Shown piece by piece: positions 21,301-31,675 of a DNA stretch of 64,000 nt. The notes beneath the pieces are model-generated. The model worked only from the letters and a program-made list of their open reading frames with translations. It was not told where the DNA came from and ran no database searches. The stretch's first letter is position 1. Every line of letters starts with the position of its first letter. This stretch comes from Balanoglossus misakiensis (taxonomy: Eukaryota > Animalia > Hemichordata), in the NCBI GenBank assembly GCA_040954595.2, contig CM082587.2, positions 11,599,403 through 11,663,402 on the forward strand. The letters run 5' to 3'. The position numbers and the translations under genes are program-made.

Positions 21301-24300
21301 ACATTTGTTCGGGTAGGACTGCATTATTGCCTGTCAATTTATAGAGAAAGCCCGAATTTAACCAGGGCGTTCCAAACACCGACGTTAGTTGGGGGCACGG
21401 CCTGCAGTACTGCCGGGTAAGCTGACATCGGCGTACCGCATATAATGTAAGGGGGGGGGGGGGCAAACAGAACGGTTCAATACTACATTTATTAGATATC
21501 AGCTAATTTTGGACAATCATCTAAAATCTAAATCATTTTTTCATATTTGGATATCTAATGATGTATGAAATTTCAATTATATGTAAAAATGGTGCTGATT
21601 ATAAAAAATGCACTCTGAATGAGCTGATTTAATACAAAATTACGTTTTATTCGTTTTTGCACCTAAAAGGTCATTTTTAGGCAAAACATTCTTTATTTTT
21701 TTAATTCGGTGACCTGATCATATATAAAGAATTGCTTGTATGTTAAAAGTTTTTATGACTTTTAAAAGCAGTGACACTGGCGGCATTCAACACGAAAATA
21801 ACAATTTTAGCCACAATTTGGTCAAAACGGTAAATTTTTGAAAATTACAAAAAATACCTGTTTTCTACATTTTCGGAAATCTGATGGAGTATAGATTGCT
21901 CTTCGTATGTATATATCGATACAAATTCCACAAAAGACCGTCTAATTTGGCTCACTGCAGACAAAATTGCGTTTTACCAAATTTTCCTTGAAAATGTCAT
22001 TTTTAGAAAAAAAAATAAAAACACCTTTGTCCTTCGAATTTGGTGCCCTGATCATATATGACATGTTGATTGTATGTTAAAACTGTCGACCACTCCAAAA
22101 ATGCAGAGATATTGACGGAATTCAAGAAAAAATAGCCATTTTGGCCATATTTTGACAAAAATGGTAAATTTTTAAAAAATCATAAAAAATTAACTCTTTT
22201 CTTCATTTTCGGAAATATTATGGAGCATGAAGTGTCGTTCTCTTGCAAAAAGTGCTGCAAATTCCAGAAAAGGCGGTATCATTTGAATCACCCAAGACAA
22301 AATTACCATTTTCGACTTTTTTCGAAAAATTGTCTTTTTTACAAAATAAATAAGAATAAATTCTTTTCTTAGTTTCAAACGGATAGAGATACTTTCCACA
22401 CGGGTTTTCTAACATTGAATTCCCGTTCATCAACTCAGATTTCCTACAGCATAAGTCGGCTAAAACCCTGACACTCTAGAGCAGAAACAGTTGCACACTG
22501 GTAACGTTGAACAAGTCGATTTTTCTACGGCCTGGCTCGGCTAAATCTCCGTCACAATATGACAGACACTAGCGTACGTTAGCAACGGTGATCAAGTCAG
22601 ATTTTCTACGGCATGGCTTGGCTAAAGCCCTGGCACTCAAGAGCAGAAACACGCGTACAGAGACCACGTTGATCTACTCACATTTCCTTCGGCCTGGCAC
22701 GGCTGATGCCCCGGCACTCTAGAGCAGAAACAGGCGTACATTGACCACGTTGATCAAGTCAGATTTCCTACGGCGTGACTCGGCTGGTGCACCGGCTCTA
22801 TATGACACAGACTGGCGTAAGTTATCAACGGTGATTACGTCGGATTTCCTACGGCCTGGTTTAGCTGAAGCACCGGCACTTTAGAGCGGAAACACGCGTA
22901 CATTGACCACGATGATCAAGTCAGATCTCCTACGGCCTGGCTCAACTAAAACCCCGGCACACCATGACAGACACTAGCGTTCGTTAGCAACGGTGATCAA
23001 GTCGGATTTCCTTCGGCCTGGCTCTGCAAAAGACCCGACTTTCTAGTACAAAGACGTTGGCTAAGTCGGGCAAACCGAAGAGGGAAAGTCACAGCGGGTC
23101 AACACTCGACATTTGTTCGGGTAGGACTGCTTTATTGCCTGTCAATTTATAGAGAAAGCTCGAATTTAACCAGGGCGTTTCAAACACCGACGTTAGTTGG
23201 GGGCACGGCCTGCAGTACTGCCGGGTAAGCTGACATCGGCGTACCGCATGTAATGTAGGGGGGGGGGAACAGAACGGTTCAATACTACATTTATCAGATA
23301 TCAGCTAATTTTGGACAATCATCTTAAATATATCTAATTCATTTTTTCATATTTGGATATCTGATGATGTATGAAATTTCCATTATATGTAAAAATGGTG
23401 CTGATTATAAAAAATGCACTCTGAATGAGCTGATTTAATACAAAATTGCGTTTTATTCGTTTTTGCACCAAAAAGGTCATTTTTAGGGAAAACATTCTTT
23501 ATTTTTTTAATTCGGTGACCTGATCATATATAAACAATTGCTTGTATGTTAAAAGTTTTTATGACTTTAAAAAGCAGTGACACTGGCGGCATTCAACACG
23601 AAAATAACAATTTTAGCCACAATTTGGTCAAAATGGTAAATTTTTGAAAATTACAAAAAATACCTGTTTTCTACATTTTCGGAAATCTGATGGAGTATAG
23701 AATGCTCTTCGTATATATATATCGATACAAATTCCACAAAAAAAACGGCCAATTTGGCTCACTGCAGACAAAATTGCGTTTTAGCAAATATTCCTTGAAA
23801 ATGTCATTTTTAGAAAAAAAAAATAAAAAAACCTTTGTTCTTCGAATTTGGTGCCCTGATCATATATGACATGTTGATTGTACGTTAAAACTCTCGACCA
23901 CTCCAAAAATGCAGAGATATTGACGGAATTCAAGAAAAATAGCCATTTTGGCCATATTTTGACAAAAATGGTAAATTTTTAAAAAATCATAAAAAATTAA
24001 CTCTTTTCTTCATTTTCGGAAATATTATGGAGCATGAAGTGTCGTTCTCTTGTAAAAAGTGCTGCAAATTCCAGAAAAGGCGGTATAATTTGAATCACCC
24101 AAGACAAAATTACCATTATCGACTTTTTTTCGAAAAATTGTCTTTTTTACAAAATAAATAAGAATAAATTCTTTTCTTAGTTTCAAACGGGTAGAGATAC
24201 TTTCCACACGGGTTTTCTAACATTGAATTCCCGTGCATCAACTCAGATTTCCTACAGCATAAGTCGGCTAAAACCCTGACACTCTAGAGCAGAAACAGTT

Positions 24301-24862
24301 GCACACTGGTAACGTTGAACAAGTCGATTTTTCTACGGCCTGGCTCGGCTAAATCTCCGTCACAATATGACAGACACTAGCGTACGTTAGCAACGGTGAT
24401 CAAGTCAGATTTTCTACGGCATGGCTTGGATAAAGCCCCGGCACTCTAGAGCAGAAACACGCGTACAGAGACCACGTTGATCAAGTCTGATCTCCTACGG
24501 CTTGGCTCGACTAAAACCCCGGCACACTATGACAGACACTAGCGTTCGTTAGCAACGTTGATCAAGTCAGATTTCCTACGGCATGGCTTGGCTAAAGCCC
24601 TGGCACTCTAGAGCAGAAACACGCGTACAGAGACCACGTTGATCTACTCACATTTCCTTCGGCCTGGCACGGCTCATGCCCCGGCACTATATATAGGACA
24701 CAGACTGGCGTAAGTTAACAACGGTAATCACGTCGGGTTTACTACGGCCTGGCTCAGCTGAAGCCCCGGCATTCTAGAGCAGAAACAGGCGTACATTGAC
24801 CACGTTGATCAAGTCAGATTTCCTACGGCGTGACTCGGCTGGTGCACCGGCTCTATATGACA

Positions 24863-24875
24863 CAGACTGGCGTAA
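24863..24875 (+). repeat. 13-bp target-site duplication cagactggcgtaa (second copy 31676-31688)
   Basis: Identical 13-mer on both sides of the LINE; uninterrupted satellite units have one copy at this position. Confidence 0.95.
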
Positions 24876-24902
24876 TTTTTTTTTTTTTTTTTTTTTTTAT
24901 CT

Positions 24903-24908
24903 TTTATT
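24903..24908 (-). terminator. AATAAA polyadenylation signal of the LINE
   Basis: tttatt on the + strand, a few bases from the poly(A) tail. Confidence 0.75.
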
Positions 24909-24963
24909 AAAAAAACTTTCAGTGTTACATTAACATATCAAAAAAAAGAAACCAACCGAAAAC

Positions 24964-27390
24964 TCACATCATAGATATAATAGCTTCAAAAATTCTTGCA
25001 CTTTCTGAATTATTGCATATTTCCTTGTATACCTTGTATCTCAATATGAATTCGTATTTTACTAGCACCATTAAAGGTGCTCTGGTTTCACTTAGCCAGT
25101 ATTTATGTATACTCCATTTGCAAACTAAAATCAATAAATTTACAATATTTTCTTCAGATTTCGAAAGCATAACACTTCTAATGCAATTGAAAATTATATG
25201 AGCGCTTTGTAAAACAAAATCTTTACAAAAAAGTTGCCGAATTATGCGCTCGATTTTTGCCCAAAGTGATGTGGCTATAGTACAACGCACGTACTTGTGC
25301 TCAAGAGACTCTGGTATCTTACTAAGTTCACAATCCACACTGCTGCTCTTATTCCAATAAAACAAATACTTATTACATGGCAACAACCTGTGTAAAAGTT
25401 TCCATTGAAATTCCCGCAACTTTGTTTCCTTAGTTATTGCGTGTATGTTCTTCCAGACCGTTTCACTTTCTTTTGTAGTCTGGTTTGGTACCTCCAGCAA
25501 TGTGTACCATTTGTTAAGTTTATCCACTTTTGGACTCCTTTGTGGAATGTTCGCATAAATGGCTTTACACGTAACGTTATTGATGGAAATCCAGTGTTTT
25601 CCATCCCAAATACCGTATTTACAATTTTTCAAGGATTTGTAGAAAAAGTTAAACTTGCTACACCATTTCAAAATTACATTTCTGTTTCCTTTGATGTTTT
25701 CACTTGCACTGTACCACGCATTTAAAACCTTGACGTAAAATTCAGGGATCGCAGACTCTAAAGCCTTTGGTAGTGATTCCCAGAAAATGTTGTGCTGAAT
25801 AAGATTACATGACTGAAGGTCATCCATTTGTAAATAATGCCATGGTATAGCAGACCAAGTGTTGCCTTTACACAAGACCAGTCTCTTGACCCATACTGCA
25901 TAAAGAGAATCAATTTGCTTGTCTAAGTTGACACATCTGATGCCACCTTTGTCATAATCACTCTGAAGTATTACATTGCTTATATTTCGTTTTCTTCTTA
26001 TAAAACCATCAATTAGCTTTCGAACAACACACTTAATGCCTTCAGGTATTCCAATCACTGATGTCAAAAACAAAATCTGTGAAATTGCAAAAACCTTCGT
26101 AATCATCACTCTCCCATAAAACGTAAGCCTTCTCCTTTCCCACATTTGTAGCACCTTTTTCAGTTTATCAATCTTAGGCTCCCAGTTAAGTTTGTTACAT
26201 TTCTCAGTGTCATAGCCAAAATACACACCAAGCGTTTTGATGGGCTCATTTGTCCATTCAACATTTCCCATTTTCTTTTCACTATTTCTGTTTTTTCCAA
26301 CCCACATTGCCTTCGTTTTCTTGTTGCTCATTTTTAAACCACCACACTGATGAAAATCATCCATAACTTTAAAAACATTTTCTAATGACCGACCATCCCT
26401 TGTAAAAATAGTGGTGTCGTCGGCAAATAATGAAATCTTCGCTGTATTATTACCATATAAGGGGATCCCGTTGATCTCCCCGTGTTGTCTTATTTTACAT
26501 GCAAGTACTTCGATCACAAGTAAAAACAATAAAGCCGAGAGGGAACATCCCTGTCGAACACCTCTATGTAATGAAAAGTATCCAGAGCACCATCCCTTAT
26601 AAACAATACAACTAGAAATATTACTATATAAAACTTCAATCCAGCGTATAAAGCCTGGACCAAAATTCATCTTTTTAAGCACGCTATACAAAAATTTCCA
26701 ATTTACACTGTCAAACGCTTTCTCATAATCTACAAAAAGGATCGCTCCTTCCAAACGCCGCTTTTTAGTGTAGTCTAGAACATCGGAGATCAGGCGAATG
26801 TTTTCTCCAATAAAACGGCCTTTCATATAGCCTGTCTGATCTCTATGGATAATTGTAGGTAAAACACATTTGAGTCTGTTTGATAATGCCTTAGTGGCAA
26901 TTTTGTAGTCAATGTTTAAAAGCGACACAGGCCTCCAATTATTCAAGTCATTTTCATCTCCCTTTTTATACAACAATGTAATAATACCTCTTTTTTGTGT
27001 AGCAGAAAGTTCCCCTGACGACCAGGCTTCATTGAGAGATGAAGTGACAAATGTTTTTATTTCTGACCAAAAGAAAAGAAAAAATTCGACCGAAAGTCCA
27101 TCACATCCCGGAGACTTGTTAGCTGCCATGGTCTTCAAAGCGCGCAAACATTCCCTTTCCGTTAAATTACCTTCGCACTGTTCACTTTGTAGAGCTGTTA
27201 GTCCTGGTAAACTGCTATTTTCCAAAAAATCGTCAATCGACTGATGGCAACATTTTCGCTGATAGATCGTCTCGTAGAATTCTCTTTGTTCCCGCAGAAT
27301 CTCGTCCGTTTTTGTCACACACTTTCCACTTCTGGTCACCAGCTCCTTAATTTCCTTTTTTCCTGCATTTCGCTTTTCTAATGATAAAAA
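24964..27390 (-). pseudogene. LINE ORF2, RT and C-terminal part (downstream of the frameshift)
   Basis: KSPGCDGL, NWRPVSLLNIDYKI, DYEKAFDSV, GVRQGCSLS, LFADD, TLGVYFG; degenerate C-terminal zinc finger CELSKIPESLEHKYVRC. Confidence 0.93.
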
Positions 27391-28520
27391 TACTTGGTAT
27401 TCCTTTCTCCCTTTTCCACCCACGCTGCACGCGATCTTATCTGCGCACCTTCAGCGAGTATGTTGTAAATATTCTCAAGGCGTTGTTTGGTTTCACTGTA
27501 TTTCCGTATATTTTCATCTGATGGATTCACCAGCATATTTCTTTCATCCGCTTTTAGCTGTTGCTCAAGCTTCGGTATTTCCTTATTGTGATCTTTTGTT
27601 CCATACCTTGTAAATTCCAATGCATATTCTTTAATTTCTTTCTTCATGATGTCCCATTTCATCCGATTATTTTCGAATGTCTTCTCACCACACTCTCTGA
27701 TTACAGATTTGACTCCGTTGACAAAGCCTTCATTTTTTAAAAGCCTATTGTTCAGTTTCCATGTACCAGGCCCTCTACAATCTGAAGCGGTCTGCAATTC
27801 CACGTAAACAGCCATATGATCTGTGTATACAGCAGGACGAATATCCGATTTTTTGACATTCTTGACGAGGTGCTTTGAGATAAAAACATAATCTAATCGG
27901 CTATGAGTCGGTGATGGGGCCAATCTTCGCCAAGTAAACTGCCGTTGCCCAGGGTGGAAATTCCTCCAAACATCAATAAGTTGAAACTGATTACAAAAAC
28001 TACGTAAGACTCTTCTTGATCCATCATGTGATTGCCGTGATTTCACACTTGACGCTCTGTCCAAAGTGTCGTTGAGTGCACAATTGAAGTCGCCTGCTAT
28101 AAAAAGATTTTCGTAATAGCAGTGCGTGTCAACCAGGCCAGCTAGATCTTTCAAGAATTCCGTTCTTTGTTTCACGAGATTCGGGGCATAAACACTACAA
28201 ATTGAAAGCTTAACACCTACAAGGCTACCGTTTATTATGCAAATTCTTCCGAAGTCGTCATTCCACACGGAATCAATGGTGAGGTCACATCTGCGCTCAA
28301 TCAATATTGCCGTTCCTCTGCTATAATTGTCACCTTTCGAGAAGAATACTTTCCCTCCCCATTCTTTCTCCCAAGTGTCAATGTCTGTTCCATTTCCATG
28401 CAACTCTTGTAAAATCGCGATACTCGTTTTTTGGAGTTTTAGCCAGCGATATATACAGTTCCTTTTCGTTTTGTCTTTGAAACCCCTGACATTCAGGGTA
28501 ACTAACTTCAGCGCTGCCAT
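27378..28520 (-). pseudogene. LINE ORF2, apurinic-like endonuclease part (upstream of the frameshift)
   Basis: TLNVRG, ILQE, SVYAP, AGDFN, SRLDY, TDH motifs. Adding one T at the run 27386-27390 joins it to the RT frame (KYFLSLEKRN), giving ~1185 aa. Confidence 0.93.
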
Positions 28521-28883
28521 CAGTAGCCTTTGATTCTGACTTGCTGCTGCTGCTTTCGTCTTCTTTTACGTTTTTTCTTATTTTCTTTGCTTTGGGTCAA
28601 TGACAACAGTGGTGGCGATTCAGCAGACAATTCAGAGAAATTTTCTCTTGATGTGTCATAACGCCGGTCCTCGCCACCTTCAATATCCGTTACATCACCT
28701 TCACTGACACTAGTATCGTTTTGTCTATCGTCTCTGTTCTCTTTTAAGAACGCTAAAATTGAGCTTTGTGATTTAACGCTCGAGCTCGAGGGCTCAGGTG
28801 CTTTGTTTGCCAGACTTTGCGGTTTCTCAACACGGTCTTCGTCCCCCGTTTCACGCCTGGATGTTCCTTGTAACGGTGTGCTG
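28520..28883 (-). pseudogene. LINE ORF1, C-terminal part (low-complexity, basic NLS-like tail)
   Basis: Same frame as 30506-31480; joins through the TSD (LESD-STP-LQGTSRR). Ends KKKRKRRRK...GY*, and its TGA overlaps the ORF2 ATG (TGATG). Confidence 0.88.
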
Positions 28884-30647
28884 AAGACGCTGTACAAATG
28901 CATTGCGCATAGTTGTGCGCATTCTTTGACAATGGTTCGTCGATTAACAATGGAGGGGTGGTCGAGACTTTGATTCCTAAGCGCATCAACATAAATGGAG
29001 GTGCTTGGGTTACTCAACCGTCAATCTTTCCAAAGTAAAAACTTCACAGGGATTAATATACACGAACAACAAAATTCTAAATGCATTTTTATAGTTTATT
29101 TTGAGTCATTTTCTGCAAGGAATAAATCACGCACATTTGTCCCTCCGTTTTGGAGCCTTCATTTTTTCAGTGATGTATCCCCAGTTTTATGGAGTTGCTG
29201 GTTTCAAATTAAAGTTGCTGGTTCCAAAACTTTTCCAAATTGAAGCTTAGTAATTGACTCAAAGCCATACTTTTGCCCGGAAAAAACTTCGCTTGCCCGA
29301 GTATGTTTCCAAGCTTCCGAAGTTGGTCATGCCTTATTTAGCGAAAGTTTGGCATGGTTATTACCCTGGGTTATTACTGCCGAGACGAGATTCAAGACAC
29401 TGCACAAGGCTATCGTCCCCGATGATGCAACCACCTGAACGTGAAATTAGCAGATAATGCTATTAATAATATTAAATTACTAATAGCTATACAAAATAAC
29501 AAAAAATGTTGTTTCTGTAACACCATGGACGTAGAACTAGAATGATTTTGATCGTGTTTTGATGTGGAAGTCAGTCTTGCCGCGAAATTCGCACGTTTAC
29601 TGATGTAATTAATTAACATAACGATAGCGCGGCGCGAATTTTGAACTATTACCATGACGGCGTCCTTAGAAACAAACTTGCTGTAAGTTAGAAATTTGAA
29701 ATCATTCACTCATAAGTAAGCCAGTCAGTACTACGCCAAACCTGACGATGGCGATGATATGCGCTTTGTCACCACGTACACAGTCTCAATACCAAGATTT
29801 ATGCAGTGGTGAGCGCCGTCGAGTCTATGGTAGATATGCATTGTTTGCTACAGTGGTAGGAAGGTGAATTTTTATGCAGGTTTCATTACGAAATGTTTCC
29901 TTGATGTACAGGAGTTGAGATATTTGTACAAATAACCTACGAATTTTAAAACTGCCTGTTTACTTCGCATGTACGTCACCGGGGTACGTCAACATCAGTC
30001 ACCTGCACTTAATTATAGTATATACTGCGTTGCGCTAGTCTGTTCCTCGTCGCGTTTGTCTGTTTGGTGTTGTCTCAGAAACTATGAATATACACATACA
30101 TGTATGTTAGTAGGCTTTGAAACTCCCTTTAATCAGAAATGTCGAAGGAATTTGGCGAACAACCTAAGCTCCTTTACGCGGATACGGGACCGGGGAACCA
30201 GACGCCATAATATCATTGAAATGACGCCATTGTGATGTCAAGAATGTGCGAAATCCGTCCAAATGAAAATATTTAGTGCAATTATATTTTATTAAGTGTT
30301 GTTATTAGTAATCTGGGTCATTACTGCACTATTCGGGTGCAAGTTCAACAACTGACCGACTTCTCGTACTGGCCGACTTCTCATACGCGCGTACTGGCCG
30401 ACTTCTAATCTGACCAACTTCTCATGTATTCGGTAAACACTCATTTCGTTTATACTTAACCAAGTTAAAGCGTCCGAAACGACAATTCATCTAACTCCTT
30501 TAACTCTATTTCTGTACTATTGGTTTCTCCTCATGATTACGGCCAGAAGTCTCAAGTAGTTGGCTCCAGCAGAGAAAACTTTTCGAATCACGCTGCATAC
30601 GCTTCCGGGTTAACTCGCGCATGCGCGTTGCGTTTGTACAGCGTCTG
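28884..30647. mobile_element. Non-autonomous DNA transposon, Mutator/MULE-like (1764 bp)
   Basis: 9-bp TSD ggtgtgctg at 28875-28883 and 30648-30656. Imperfect 27-bp TIRs: aagacgctgtacaaatgcattgcgcat vs the reverse-complemented right end cagacgctgtacaaacgcaacgcgcat. No transposase ORF. Superfamily is inferred from TSD length only. Confidence 0.88.
30352..30424 (+). repeat. Four short direct repeats (ccgacttct core) inside the DNA transposon
   Basis: tgaccgacttctc / tggccgacttctc / tggccgacttcta / tgaccaacttctc. Confidence 0.8.
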
Positions 30648-31465
30648 GGTGTGCTGTCACTTTCTAGTCTCGATACCGCATCGGCAGGATTCGTAGACCT
30701 TTTCTGCATTGTGTATTTGGTGGACTGAGACGTTAATTCTTCGTGTACCTGAGAAGTCATACAATTTCTTGCAATATGCCCCTCTCTTTTACAGAGTCTG
30801 CATTTGATTTGTCCAGTGCAATTGTACGCAGTATGTCCCTCCTCTAAGCATTTGCCGCATCGTGGCTGCGTCTCCGCTGTGGATTGCTTATAAATAATCT
30901 TCGCGTAAAATGCACCGATCTTAACCTGAGCTGGTAATGGTGTCTTTGGTTTTTCGATGAACACAGTTCGATCCCCATTAAGAATGTTTGTCAACTTGCC
31001 TTCTAACCTCCATTTCTGTCTGGATATATCTGTTTTGAGCTTACAGCCCAAACCAGTAAGTGTAGCGGCAATAGCATCATCATCGTGTGACAATGGTAGA
31101 TCTTTTATCGTTAATCTTAACCAATCTTCATGAAACTCTCTTCGGAAGGGATTTCGCCCCCACAGCTCTATCGACTTCCAGCGTAGTGTGAGTCCATGTT
31201 GTAACAAAATTGTCCGGTCTGCTTCGTCATTCATATAAATACGCCACAGACCTCTTATCCGTTGCAACCCTTCCAAGCTGCCGATGGTGACAACTTCTGA
31301 AACGGCTGCTATAATTTCCTCACCTCTTAGCCATTGATTACTGTCCCTGGGAACTATGTCCGACTGCTTCAGAAAGACGGGTAGAACTCCTACTTCACCG
31401 TCTTTGTCTTGCAGGCGTTTGGTCGTCACCACCTGCGCATAACTGGCTTTGTCTCTGACGGCCAT
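30648..31465 (-). pseudogene. LINE ORF1, N-terminal part (gag-like nucleic-acid-binding protein with two CCHC zinc knuckles)
   Basis: ATG at 31465; SYAQVV; NGDRTVFI; CGKCLEEGHTAYNC and CRLCKREGHIARNC. Currently reads into the insertion to a stop at 30506. Reconstructed ORF1 is ~390 aa. Confidence 0.92.
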
Positions 31466-31675
31466 GCTTGCTCGAGACAACGAAAACTAGCAAAATGTCT
31501 TTCTTCTGAGAATCAAAATGCTTCTTTGCTCTCGAGTTAGCTGCAAGTATCTATCCAAAAGCATATACCTTCAGTTTCGCCACAAAATTCACCGATTTCA
31601 CGTGAAAAAACGATGAAAACTCTGAGCGTGCTAGAAATCTGCTTCCGTAGATGGCTGACTCTAGCGCCCTCCATC

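Larger units (their letters stand above)
6451..24875 (+). repeat. ~2.05-kb composite macrosatellite array, left part (~9 units)
   Basis: Poly-G anchors at about 7457, 9512, 11230, 13277, 15323, 17355, 19403, 21451 and 23258; units are near-identical and head-to-tail. Confidence 0.98.
24876..31675 (-). mobile_element. Full-length Tx1/L1-group non-LTR retrotransposon (6.8 kb including a nested 1.76-kb insertion)
   Basis: Poly(A) tail (T run 24876-24898), AATAAA, ~65-bp 3' UTR, ORF2 with APE endonuclease and RT, ORF1 with CCHC knuckles, ~210-bp 5' UTR, 13-bp TSD. Confidence 0.96.

Noticed and set aside
28995-30235. Transposase or cargo gene in the DNA transposon (ORFs of 67-99 aa)
   Set aside because: Short ORFs with no DDE, zinc-finger or other recognisable motifs.
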